Positions 1-7,047 of a DNA stretch of 16,849 nt are shown one piece after another. Origin of the DNA: Deltaproteobacteria bacterium (GTDB taxonomy: Bacteria; Myxococcota_A; Polyangia; Haliangiales; JADYYK01); contig JADYYK010000245.1 of NCBI GenBank assembly GCA_020853705.1, positions 71,943 to 88,791 on the forward strand, read 5' to 3'. Below the pieces are notes generated by a model that searched no databases, was not told where the DNA came from, and saw nothing but the letters and a program-made list of their open reading frames with translations. Numbering within the stretch: position 1 is the first letter of the stretch; every line of letters starts with the position of its first letter. Position numbers and translations under genes: made by a program.

Positions 1-415
1 GCGCCGGATCCAGCTCGGCCAGCGCCCCGGCGGCCTGGTAGCGCACGTCGGCGGGGCCCTTCTCGAGCGCGAGCTCCAGGCGGCCCCAGGCGGCGCCGTC
101 GCCGATCATGGCCAGCGCCAGCACCGCGGCCTGGCGTGCCATGCGATCACCGTCGGCCTCCAGCTGATCACACAGCGCGGCCACGGCGTCGCGATCCCCC
201 AGCTCGCCCAGTGACAGGGCGGCGGCGTAGCGCACCTCGCCGCGGTCGTCGCGCAGCGCCTTGTGCAGGGCGGCCCGCGCCGGCTCGCTGTCCTCGCCCT
301 CAGCGCTACCCAGCGCGCCGGCGGCGAAGGCGCGCACCTGCGGGTCGGCGCTGCCGAGATCACGCAGTGCGGCCTCCAGCGTCAGCACGCGCGAGCGCGG
401 GTGCAGGTCGCTCAT
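1..415 (-). CDS. HEAT-repeat (PBS-lyase-like) protein, N-terminal part. The gene runs off the window beyond position 1. ATG at 413-415 overlaps the stop of the upstream gene (ATGA).
   Basis: Own translation of the reverse strand from ATG(415): MSDLHPRSRVLTLEAALRDLGSADPQVRAFAAGALGSAEGEDSEPARAALHKALRDDRGEVRYAAALSLGELGDRDAVAALCDQLEADGDRMARQAAVLALAMIGDGAAWGRLELALEKGPADVRYQAAGALAELDPA. It shows a repeating ~30-aa V-R-x-x-A-A-x-A-L-G HEAT/PBS-lyase pattern. Not in the ORF track because there is no in-window stop. Very high GC3. Confidence 0.6.
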   Translation of the reverse strand, partial: MSDLHPRSRVLTLEAALRDLGSADPQVRAFAAGALGSAEGEDSEPARAALHKALRDDRGEVRYAAALSLGELGDRDAVAALCDQLEADGDRMARQAAVLALAMIGDGAAWGRLELALEKGPADVRYQAAGALAELDPA

Positions 416-948
416 CGGCTCGTCCCGGTGCCCGGGCCAGCGCCGGTGCCGGTGCCCGCCTCCGGCTCGGCCCCGCGCCTGGGCCGCGGCGGCTCCAGCT
501 CCGCGACCTGCTCGACTCGCCCGGCGCAGGCGGCGACGATCAAGCCATACAGCTCGCCGCGGCGCTCGACGCGGAACGGCGCTGCGATCCCGGGACCCGG
601 CAGGAGGAAGCTCTTGGCTGGCATGCCGGCGTCGATGTAGCACGTCTCGCTCGCGGCTGCCGCGCGCACCCGCACCACCTCCTTCCAGGACAGCTGCAGG
701 CGCAGGCCACGCGGGGTCTCCACGCGCAGCCCGTCGTCATCGACCACCACGTGCGACCGCCACAGCGGCGAGCGCAGGTACAGCAGCGCCAGCACGATCA
801 GCACCGCGCCAGCCCCGGTCTCCACGGTGCGGGTGCGCGGCGGCACCCCGGCGACCCAGGCGAACACGATGAGGGCGATCCCGAACCCGATGATGACCCC
901 CGGCAGCCACGGCCAGCGCGGCCGCATCCGGAACCGGCTGGTCGCCAC
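412..948 (-). CDS. Small membrane protein with two predicted TM helices and a C-terminal soluble domain, possibly bacterial PH-like. GTG start at 948, alternative ATG at 927.
   Basis: 178-aa ORF. Hydrophobic segments are LPGVIIGFGIALIVFAWVAGV and GAGAVLIVLALLYL. Its stop is 3 nt from the PilZ gene stop/start region. Its TGA overlaps the ATG of the downstream HEAT gene. Confidence 0.5.
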   Translation of the reverse strand: MATSRFRMRPRWPWLPGVIIGFGIALIVFAWVAGVPPRTRTVETGAGAVLIVLALLYLRSPLWRSHVVVDDDGLRVETPRGLRLQLSWKEVVRVRAAAASETCYIDAGMPAKSFLLPGPGIAAPFRVERRGELYGLIVAACAGRVEQVAELEPPRPRRGAEPEAGTGTGAGPGTGTSR

Positions 949-951
949 CTG

Positions 952-1398
952 CTATCCCCCGCCGCCCTTGTCCTGGATCAGCTTGGCGATGGCGACGCGG
1001 GCCTCCAGGCTGATGGCCTCGAACAGCACGCCGAAACCGCCCTGCAGCAGCACGGTCTTGCCGTCGCTCTCGCGCGGGATCTCGCAGTCGCCGGCGCGGC
1101 GCCACAGCACCCAGCCCAGCGACTCGACCTGGCCGTACCCGGCCAGCGGGAAGGTGAAGGCGACGCGCGACATCAGCGGCAGCGCCTGGCCGGCGATGAA
1201 GGCGCCGTTGGTGCTGAGGTCGCGGATGGCGGCCGGGAACTTGAGGCCGATGTCGTCGGGGTTGGGGCGCACGCGGTCATAGACCCGCTCCAGCGCGGGG
1301 TGCAGCTTGACGTCGCGCTGGCTGATCTTCTCCACCAGAACCGGGATGTTGACGGACACCCGCGGCGCTCGCCGCTGCTCTCCCTTCAAGGTCGACAT
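952..1398 (-). CDS. PilZ-domain protein (putative c-di-GMP receptor)
   Basis: Translation from ATG at 1396-1398: MSTLKGEQRRAPRVSVNIPV...DLSTNGAFIAG. It contains the PilZ signature motifs RxxxR (RRAPR) and DxSxxG (DLSTNG). AAGGAGAG Shine-Dalgarno 7-8 nt upstream of the ATG. The longer track ORF (to 1455) has a junk N-terminus. Confidence 0.75.
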   Translation of the reverse strand: MSTLKGEQRRAPRVSVNIPVLVEKISQRDVKLHPALERVYDRVRPNPDDIGLKFPAAIRDLSTNGAFIAGQALPLMSRVAFTFPLAGYGQVESLGWVLWRRAGDCEIPRESDGKTVLLQGGFGVLFEAISLEARVAIAKLIQDKGGGG

Positions 1399-1426
1399 CG
1401 TCTCGTCTCTCCTTCGGCCTTCGGCG

Positions 1427-3460
1427 TCAGCGCACCTTGGTCCCGGGCGGCACATCGCAGTCGATGGCGGACAGGCCGATCACCTGCTCGTCCCCCGCCG
1501 CCAGGATCATACCCTCGGAGCGTACACCACGGATCGTCGCCGGCGCGAGATTGGCGAGGAAGATGACCTTCTTGCCGGGCAGCGCCTCGGCGGCGTAGGC
1601 AGCCGCGATGCCGGCCACCACGGTGCGGGTCTCGCCCCCCAGGTCGAGCGTCAGCTTGAGGAGCTTGTCGGCCTTGGGCACCTTCTCGGCGGTCTTGACC
1701 TCGGCCACGCGCAGGTCGAGCTTCTTGAAGTCGTCGTAGCTGATGCTGCCCGGGGGCGGCGCGGCGGCGGCTTGCGGGGCCTTGCCGGCGGACTTGTCGG
1801 CCGGCTTGTCGGCCTGCTTGTCGTTCTTCGGGTCGCCGCCCTTGTCGGGCTTCCTGACCGCCGGCTTGACGCCCCAGCGCGCCTTCAGCTCGGCCTTGCG
1901 GTCGTCGTCCAGGCGCGGCCACAGCGGCTCGCCAGGGACCACCTTCTGGCCCGACGTGAGCTCGCGTCCCCACGCACGCGGCCAGCGCAGCAGGCGCTCG
2001 GGGCCGCCGGGGACGCCCAGGCGGTCGAGGATCTCGCCCGCCTTCTTCGGCATGAAGGGCGCCACCATGAGGGCGATCCAGCTCAGCGCCTCCAGGAAGT
2101 GGCGCACGGTGTGGCTGAGCTCGGCGGCGCGCGCGGGATCCTTGGCCTGCACCCAGGGCGCGGCGTCGTCGATGTACTTGTTGCCACCGCGGACCAGCTC
2201 CCACAGCGCCTCCAGGGCGCGGGTCGGCTGCAGGCGCTCCATGTGCTCGGCCACGGTGTCGCGGGCGTGGATGGCCAGCGCGGCCAGCTTGCCGTGCACC
2301 GGGTGATCCTCGAACGCGCCCGGCTCCAGCCTGGGGATGACGCCGCCGGCGTAGAGCTCGGTCATCTTGACGCAGCGGTGCACCAGGTTGCCGAGGTCGT
2401 TGGCCAGGTCGGAGTTGAGGCGGCCCAGGAAGGCGTCGTGCGAGAAGTCGCCGTCGAGGCCGAACGAGGTCTCGCGCAGCAGGAAGTAGCGCAGCGCGTC
2501 GACCCCGACGTCAGCGGCGAGGCCGAGGGGATCGATGGCGTTGCCCAGCGACTTGGAGATCTTCTGCCCGTTGGCGGTCCACCAGCCGTGCGCGAACACC
2601 GTCTTCGGCAGCGGCAGGCCGGCGGCCAGCAGCATGGTTGGCCAGTACACCGCGTGGTGGCGCAGGATGTCCTTGCCGATGACGTGCACCGCCTGGGGCC
2701 AGAACTTGTCGTACTGCGCCGTGCCGGGGCCGCCCAGCGCGCTCATGTAGTTGGTCAGGGCGTCGATCCACACGTAGATCACGTGCTCGGGCGCGCCCGG
2801 CACCGGGATGCCCCACTTGAAGGTGCGCCGTGACACCGACAGATCGCGCAGGCCGGCCTTGACGAAGGCGACCACCTCGTTCTTGCGGAAGTCGGGCTGG
2901 ATGAACTCGGGGTGGGCCTCGATGTAGTCGAGCAGCGGCTGGGCATACTGCGCCATGCGGAAGAAGTACGACTGCTCCTTGAGGCGCTGCACTGGGCGCT
3001 TGTGATCGGGGCACAGGAAGACGCCGGGGGCGTCGCCGGGGACGAGCTGGGTCTCGGTGTAGAACGACTCGCAGCCGACGCAGTACCAGTCCTCGTAGTC
3101 GGCCAGGTAGATCGCGCCGGCGGCCTCCAGGCGGCGCCAGATGTCAGCGACCACGTCCTTGTGGCGCTGCTCGGTGGTGCGGATGAAGTCGTCGTTGGAG
3201 ATGTCGAGCTTCTTCCAGGCGTCCTGGAAGCGGGCCACGAAGTGATCGGCGTGCGCGATCGGGGTGCGCCCGGCGGCGATCGCGGCCTCCTCGATCTTCT
3301 GCCCGTGCTCGTCGGTGCCGGTCAGGAACCAGGTGTCCTGGCCGCGCGCGCGGTGGTAGCGCGCCAGCGCGTCGCACGCGATGGTGGTGTAGGCGCTGCC
3401 GATGTGCGGCGCGTCGTTGACGTAGTAGATCGGGGTCGTGACGTAGAAGGGGTCGGACAC
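1427..3460 (-). CDS. metG: Methionyl-tRNA synthetase with C-terminal EMAP/tRNA-binding (Trbp111-like) domain
   Basis: Class I aaRS motifs are present: HIGH (PHIGSAY) and KMSKS (KISKSLGN). C-terminal domain VAEVKTAEKVPKADKLLKLTLDLGGETRTVVAGIA. The N-terminus FYVTTPIYYVND aligns with MetRS starts. Start assigned to the GTG at 3458-3460 (VSDPFYVTTPIYY). The track ORF extension to 3595 is low-complexity and would overlap the upstream gene. Confidence 0.88.
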   Translation of the reverse strand: MSDPFYVTTPIYYVNDAPHIGSAYTTIACDALARYHRARGQDTWFLTGTDEHGQKIEEAAIAAGRTPIAHADHFVARFQDAWKKLDISNDDFIRTTEQRHKDVVADIWRRLEAAGAIYLADYEDWYCVGCESFYTETQLVPGDAPGVFLCPDHKRPVQRLKEQSYFFRMAQYAQPLLDYIEAHPEFIQPDFRKNEVVAFVKAGLRDLSVSRRTFKWGIPVPGAPEHVIYVWIDALTNYMSALGGPGTAQYDKFWPQAVHVIGKDILRHHAVYWPTMLLAAGLPLPKTVFAHGWWTANGQKISKSLGNAIDPLGLAADVGVDALRYFLLRETSFGLDGDFSHDAFLGRLNSDLANDLGNLVHRCVKMTELYAGGVIPRLEPGAFEDHPVHGKLAALAIHARDTVAEHMERLQPTRALEALWELVRGGNKYIDDAAPWVQAKDPARAAELSHTVRHFLEALSWIALMVAPFMPKKAGEILDRLGVPGGPERLLRWPRAWGRELTSGQKVVPGEPLWPRLDDDRKAELKARWGVKPAVRKPDKGGDPKNDKQADKPADKSAGKAPQAAAAPPPGSISYDDFKKLDLRVAEVKTAEKVPKADKLLKLTLDLGGETRTVVAGIAAAYAAEALPGKKVIFLANLAPATIRGVRSEGMILAAGDEQVIGLSAIDCDVPPGTKVR

Positions 3461-3480
3461 GGGAGTCGGATGTACCGGAC

Positions 3481-3522
3481 AAACAGGCGACAGGCAACAG
3501 GTGACAGGCCACAGGCGACAGG
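3481..3522. repeat. Six tandem copies of a 7-bp unit NNACAGG (aaacagg cgacagg caacagg tgacagg ccacagg cgacagg) in the intergenic region upstream of metG
   Basis: Read directly from the sequence. It lies between the PSP1 stop (3555) and the metG start (3460). On the metG-sense strand it reads CCTGTNN x6. Confidence 0.7.
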
Positions 3523-3554
3523 GAATCCGGGGGGATGAGGGGCGGGAACGGGCG

Positions 3555-5966
3555 TCAGGCCGGGGGCAGGTCGTCGCCAGGCAGCGGGCCGGCACCGCCA
3601 GGGCCAGCGGCGCCGCCGTCGTCGTCGGGCTCGGGGTCGCGGCGGCGGCCCTGCGGCTGCGGTGGATCGACGCGGGCGACCACGTTGGCCGGGAAGACCT
3701 GCGAGCCGCCCTCCTCGAACCAGACCCGCACGCGCTGGCGCAGCACGTCGAGCTCGGCGACCTTGCCCTCGCCGGCCGGCGTGGTCACGCGCTTGCCCAG
3801 CTTGGGCAGGCCCTTGCCGAGCTCCCGGTAGGTCGACGCCTCGTAGACCAGGCAGCACTTGAGGCGGCCGCACTGGCCGGTGACCTTGGACGGGTTGAGC
3901 GGGAGGTTCTGCTCCTTGGCGTGCTTGATCGAGACCGGCTCGAAGCGCGGCAGGAAGGTGGAGCAGCACAGCTCGCGGCCGCAGGAGCCGATGCCCCCGA
4001 CGATCTTGGCCTCGTCGCGGGCGCCGATCTGGCGCAGCTCGACGCGCACGCGCAGCCGGGTGGTCAGCTCCTTGACCAGGTCGCGGAAGTCGACGCGATC
4101 CTCGGAGGCGAAGTAGACCAGGACCTTCTGGCCCTTGTGGATGTAGTCGCAGCGCACCATCTTGATGGGCAACCTGCGCTCGCGGGTGCGCTCGCGGGCG
4201 AAGCGCAGGGCCTCGGCGGCGCGGTCGTCGAAGGCGCGCTCGGCGGCCAGGTCGGCGGCGGTGGCGCGGCTGAGGATGCGCGGCAGCTCGCCGGCGACCA
4301 GGCGGCGCGCCGAGGCGATGACCACGCGGCCGATGCTGACGCCCTGCTCGAAGTCGCACAGCACGTGATCGCCGCGCTGGTAGGCCTCGCCCTGGGCGTC
4401 ATAGTCGTAGATCTTGCCGGCCTCGCGGAAGTTGACGCCGACCACGTTGGTCAGCATGCCGGAGGCGTAGGGCACGTCGTCGAGCTGCGCGAAGACCTCG
4501 TCCTGATCGGGGTCAGCCGCCTCGCGGTCGGCGTGGAAGGTCTTGAAGACCACGGGGGCGTCGTCGTCGCCGTCGTCGTCATCACCGGCGCCGGCGCCGG
4601 CGCCGGCCGCGGGCGTGGGGCCGGAGTCGCGCAGCATGGGCAGCGCGACCAGGCCGCCACGGCGCGCGTCGGCGGCGTGGCGTGCGGTGGCCGAGGGCGG
4701 CGCGGTGGGGGCGCCGAAGGGTGACGGCGCGGCGGCGACAGGCGCGGGTGCGGTCGGGGCCGGGCCTGCACCGGTGATGGGGGCGTCGTCCCAGCCGTCA
4801 TCGATGGCGGCCTGGGTCCGGGGGCCGGGCGGTGGGCCCGGGGGGGCGCCGCGGGGCGCCTCGGGGCGTCCGTGGCGCGGCTCGCCGTGGCGGGGCCCGC
4901 CCTGCGGACGGCCCTGGTCCCGGCCGCGCTCGCGGTCGCGTCCGCCACGATCGGGTCGGCCGCGATCGCCACGGGGGCCGCGGTCGCCGCGGGGGCCGCC
5001 GCGATCGCTGACCGGGCGGTCGCCGGGAGCGCCAGGCCCGCCCGCGGCGCCTTGCCCCGGCGCCTCGCCGGGTGGGCGGGGCCGGTCGTCACGTCGTGGC
5101 CCGCGGTCGTCGCGACGGGGGCCGCGCTCATCGGGCCGCCGCCCGCGCTCGCCGCCGCGCCGACCCTCCGGGCGGGGGCCGCGGTCGCCTTCGGGCCGCG
5201 CCGCGCGGTCGCCTTCGGGCCGCGCCGCGCGGTCGCCCTCGGGCCGTTCCGCGCGGTCGCCTTCGGGTCGCGGCGAAGCTTCGGTGGCTGCCCCCGCGTC
5301 AGGAGCTGCGCCCTCGGGTCGCGGGCCGCGCTCGTGCGGTCGGCCCCCCCCGCGCTCACCGTGCGGCCGGGGCCCGCGCTCACCGTGCGGCCGACCACCG
5401 CGCTCACCCTGCGGCCGGGGCCCGCGCTCGCCTTGCGGGCGACCGCCGCGGTCGCCCTCGGGTCGCGGCCCGCGCTCGTGACGATGGCGACCCTCGGGCC
5501 GGGGCCCGCGCGCCTCCTGCGCTGGCCGGTCACCCGCTGGCCTGGCCTCGCTGGCCCCTGCTTGCGTCGGCGCCGCCGCTCCCGGCGCCGCTGGCGCTGC
5601 ATCATCATCGGGGCCGTCGTCGGGCCCCTCGGCCTCGCCACCCGGGGCGCCCCCTGGACGATCGCCGCCGCCACGCCCGCGCCGCCGCCTGCGCCGCCGC
5701 CGCTCGCCGTCGCCCCCGCCGGCACCGCCGCCAGCGCCAGCACCGCCGGCCCCGCCAGCGCCAGCGCCGCCGCCCCCGCTCGCACCACGGCCGCCCGCGC
5801 CGCCGCTCGCGCCACCGCCACCCGCGCCAGCCGCACCACCACCACCAGCGCCGCCGCCGCTCGCACCACCGCCACCCGCGCCAGCCGCACCACCACCACC
5901 CGCGCCGCCGCTGCTCGCGCCCCCGCCGCTCGCGCCTGCGCCAGCACCGCTCTCGTTCTCGCTCAT
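3555..5966 (-). CDS. PSP1 C-terminal-domain protein (RicT/YaaT family). The conserved domain is 3555..4457. It has a possible long Gly/Arg/Pro-rich low-complexity N-terminal extension. Start is uncertain: ATG 5966, GTG 6017 or ATG 4457.
   Basis: The C-terminal 300 aa (MLTNVVGVNFREAGKIYDYD...RVDFRDLVKEL...ELRQIGARDEAKIVGGIGSCGRELCCSTFL...FEPVSIKHAKEQNLPLNPSKVTGQCGRLKCCLVYE) align along their length with B. subtilis YaaT. In frame upstream of M(4457), non-low-complexity residues (APVVFKTFHADREAADPDQDEVFAQLDDVPYASG) suggest the protein starts further upstream. ATG 5966 has a GGAG 11 nt upstream. The N-terminal ~500 aa are (GGA)n and 8-aa ERGPRPxG/RPEGDRAA repeats with high GC3. Confidence 0.55.
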   Translation of the reverse strand: MSENESGAGAGASGGGASSGGAGGGGAAGAGGGGASGGGAGGGGAAGAGGGGASGGAGGRGASGGGGAGAGGAGGAGAGGGAGGGDGERRRRRRRRGRGGGDRPGGAPGGEAEGPDDGPDDDAAPAAPGAAAPTQAGASEARPAGDRPAQEARGPRPEGRHRHERGPRPEGDRGGRPQGERGPRPQGERGGRPHGERGPRPHGERGGGRPHERGPRPEGAAPDAGAATEASPRPEGDRAERPEGDRAARPEGDRAARPEGDRGPRPEGRRGGERGRRPDERGPRRDDRGPRRDDRPRPPGEAPGQGAAGGPGAPGDRPVSDRGGPRGDRGPRGDRGRPDRGGRDRERGRDQGRPQGGPRHGEPRHGRPEAPRGAPPGPPPGPRTQAAIDDGWDDAPITGAGPAPTAPAPVAAAPSPFGAPTAPPSATARHAADARRGGLVALPMLRDSGPTPAAGAGAGAGDDDDGDDDAPVVFKTFHADREAADPDQDEVFAQLDDVPYASGMLTNVVGVNFREAGKIYDYDAQGEAYQRGDHVLCDFEQGVSIGRVVIASARRLVAGELPRILSRATAADLAAERAFDDRAAEALRFARERTRERRLPIKMVRCDYIHKGQKVLVYFASEDRVDFRDLVKELTTRLRVRVELRQIGARDEAKIVGGIGSCGRELCCSTFLPRFEPVSIKHAKEQNLPLNPSKVTGQCGRLKCCLVYEASTYRELGKGLPKLGKRVTTPAGEGKVAELDVLRQRVRVWFEEGGSQVFPANVVARVDPPQPQGRRRDPEPDDDGGAAGPGGAGPLPGDDLPPA
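5181..5494. repeat. In-frame 24-nt (8-codon) tandem repeats, two related families: gcggtcgccttcgggccgcgccgc x4 at 5181-5276 and cgcgctcaccgtgcggccggggcc x6 at 5351-5494. On the minus strand they encode RPEGDRAA / ERG(P/G)RP(H/Q)G repeats.
   Basis: Direct inspection of the sequence. The period is exactly 24 nt and keeps the reading frame of the PSP1 N-terminal extension. Confidence 0.65.
5700..5945. repeat. Imperfect ~51-nt tandem repeats (gccgccgccgctcgcaccaccgccacccgcgccagccgcaccaccaccacc...) encoding a poly-Gly/Ala tract (GGGASGGGAGGGGAAGAGGGGASGG...) on the minus strand
   Basis: Direct inspection of the sequence. The repeated blocks are visible in both the DNA and the minus-strand translation. 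Confidence 0.55.
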
Positions 5967-6006
5967 CTCGCTTCGGCTCCGGCGCCCGTCCCTGTGCTCG
6001 CGCGAC

Positions 6007-7017
6007 TCACGCCGCACGCAGCTGGAACACGAGCTGCTCCAGTGTCAGATCCACCGCCGCGAACGCCCGCAGCGCGCTCGCGGCCTCGGCCGTCGCGCGC
6101 GCCGCCGCCACGCAGCGGGCCCCTCCGCGCGCGGCATCGACCGCCAGCCCTTCATCATCATCGACGGCGTGCACCAGCCGCGTGACCTCGGCGCCGCTGG
6201 CCAGCAGCGCGCCGTCGCGCCAGTACAGCGTCAGCAGGTCCAGCGCGTCCGCCAGGGTCTCCTTCTCGTGCTCCTGCTTCAGCTCGGCCGCGGCGTCGAG
6301 CACCTCGGCCGCGCCGGTCCCGCGTGCCGCCGCGCGCAGCCGCCGCGCCACCGCGCGCCGCGCCGCCATGGCCTCCTCGTCGAGGCTGGCCAGCGCGCGA
6401 CCCAGGCTGCCGCCCGCCAGCGCGGCCAGCTCCTCGCTGCGCGCCGCGGCCACCGCGTGGCGCTCGCGCAGCACGCGCGCCACCACGCTGGCCGGAAGCG
6501 GCGCGAAGCGCACGCGCTGGCAGCGCGACCGGATGGTGGGCAGCAGCTGCTCGGGTGCCGCGCTGACCAGCACGAACACCGTGCGCGGCGGCGGCTCCTC
6601 CAGCGTCTTCAGGATCTGGTTGGCGCTGGTCGGGTTGAGGCGCTCGGCCTCGTCGATGATGATGACCCGGGCACGGCCCTCGTGCGGGGGCAGCGTCAGG
6701 CGCTGGCGCACGACGTCGATGGACTCCTTGGTGATCTGCCGCGCCGCGCCGGTCGGCTCGACCCGCAAGACGTCGGGGTGCAGGTCGCGCGCGATGCGAT
6801 CGCACGCCGCGCACAGCCCGCACGGACCGCCCGGCTCGAGGCAGTTCAGCGCCTGCGCCAGCACCAGCGCGGCGCGCGCCTTGCCGACGCCGGTCGGCCC
6901 CGCGAACAGGTAGGCGTGGGCGACGCGGTCCGCGCTCAGCGCGTGGCGCAGCATGGCCAGGGCGCGCTCCTGCCCGTGCAGCTCATCCCACGTGGTCTTG
7001 CCGCTGCTGCCGCTCAC
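6007..7017 (-). CDS. holB: DNA polymerase III subunit delta-prime (clamp-loader AAA+ protein)
   Basis: TTWDELHGQERALAMLRHALSADRVAHAYLFAGPTGVGK (Walker A-like GPTGVGK), zinc-module Cys NCLEPGGPCGLCAAC, IIIDEAERL, and LKTLEEPP (T-L-E-E-P-P delta-prime signature). Start assigned to the GTG at 7015-7017. The track ORF continues to 8814 but that stretch is antisense to a well-supported kinase gene. Confidence 0.8.
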   Translation of the reverse strand: MSGSSGKTTWDELHGQERALAMLRHALSADRVAHAYLFAGPTGVGKARAALVLAQALNCLEPGGPCGLCAACDRIARDLHPDVLRVEPTGAARQITKESIDVVRQRLTLPPHEGRARVIIIDEAERLNPTSANQILKTLEEPPPRTVFVLVSAAPEQLLPTIRSRCQRVRFAPLPASVVARVLRERHAVAAARSEELAALAGGSLGRALASLDEEAMAARRAVARRLRAAARGTGAAEVLDAAAELKQEHEKETLADALDLLTLYWRDGALLASGAEVTRLVHAVDDDEGLAVDAARGGARCVAAARATAEAASALRAFAAVDLTLEQLVFQLRAA

Positions 7018-7027
7018 CGACGCACCA

Positions 7028-7037
7028 TAGCATGCTA
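7028..7037. promoter_or_regulatory. Perfect 10-bp AT-rich palindrome TAGCATGCTA within the 30-bp gap between divergent holB (minus) and kinase (plus) start codons. Candidate operator or core promoter element.
   Basis: Read directly from the sequence. It is 40% GC in a ~75% GC context and lies in the only intergenic DNA between two divergent genes. Confidence 0.3.
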
Positions 7038-7047
7038 CAAACGGGAC

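Noticed and set aside
136-2833. Long plus-strand ORFs (136..1566, 1307..2833, 1743..2306) with Arg/Pro/Ala-rich translations
   Set aside because: They lie antisense to genes with clear domain signatures (PilZ, MetRS). Their translations are low-complexity. This is typical of spurious open frames in ~75% GC DNA.
3461-3595. N-terminal extension of metG to 3595 (track ORF MPARCLATTCPRPD...)
   Set aside because: The extension is Cys/Pro-rich nonsense produced by the ACAGG heptad repeats. It would overlap the PSP1 gene stop by 40 nt. The MetRS homology starts at VSDPFYVTTPIYY.
5181-5494. Possible CRISPR-like array or collagen-like triple-helix coding region
   Set aside because: The repeats are contiguous 24-nt units with no unique spacers, so it is not CRISPR. 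The encoded Gly positions are not at every third residue, so it is not a collagen Gly-X-Y.
4451-6913. Alternative-frame ORFs over the PSP1 N-terminal region (4451..5947 minus; 4543..5481, 4872..6185 and 5072..6913 plus)
   Set aside because: They are all poly-Arg/Pro/Ala translations of the same GC-rich tandem-repeat DNA. Several frames are open simultaneously, which indicates compositional rather than coding signal. Only the frame contiguous with the PSP1 domain is retained, and even that tentatively.
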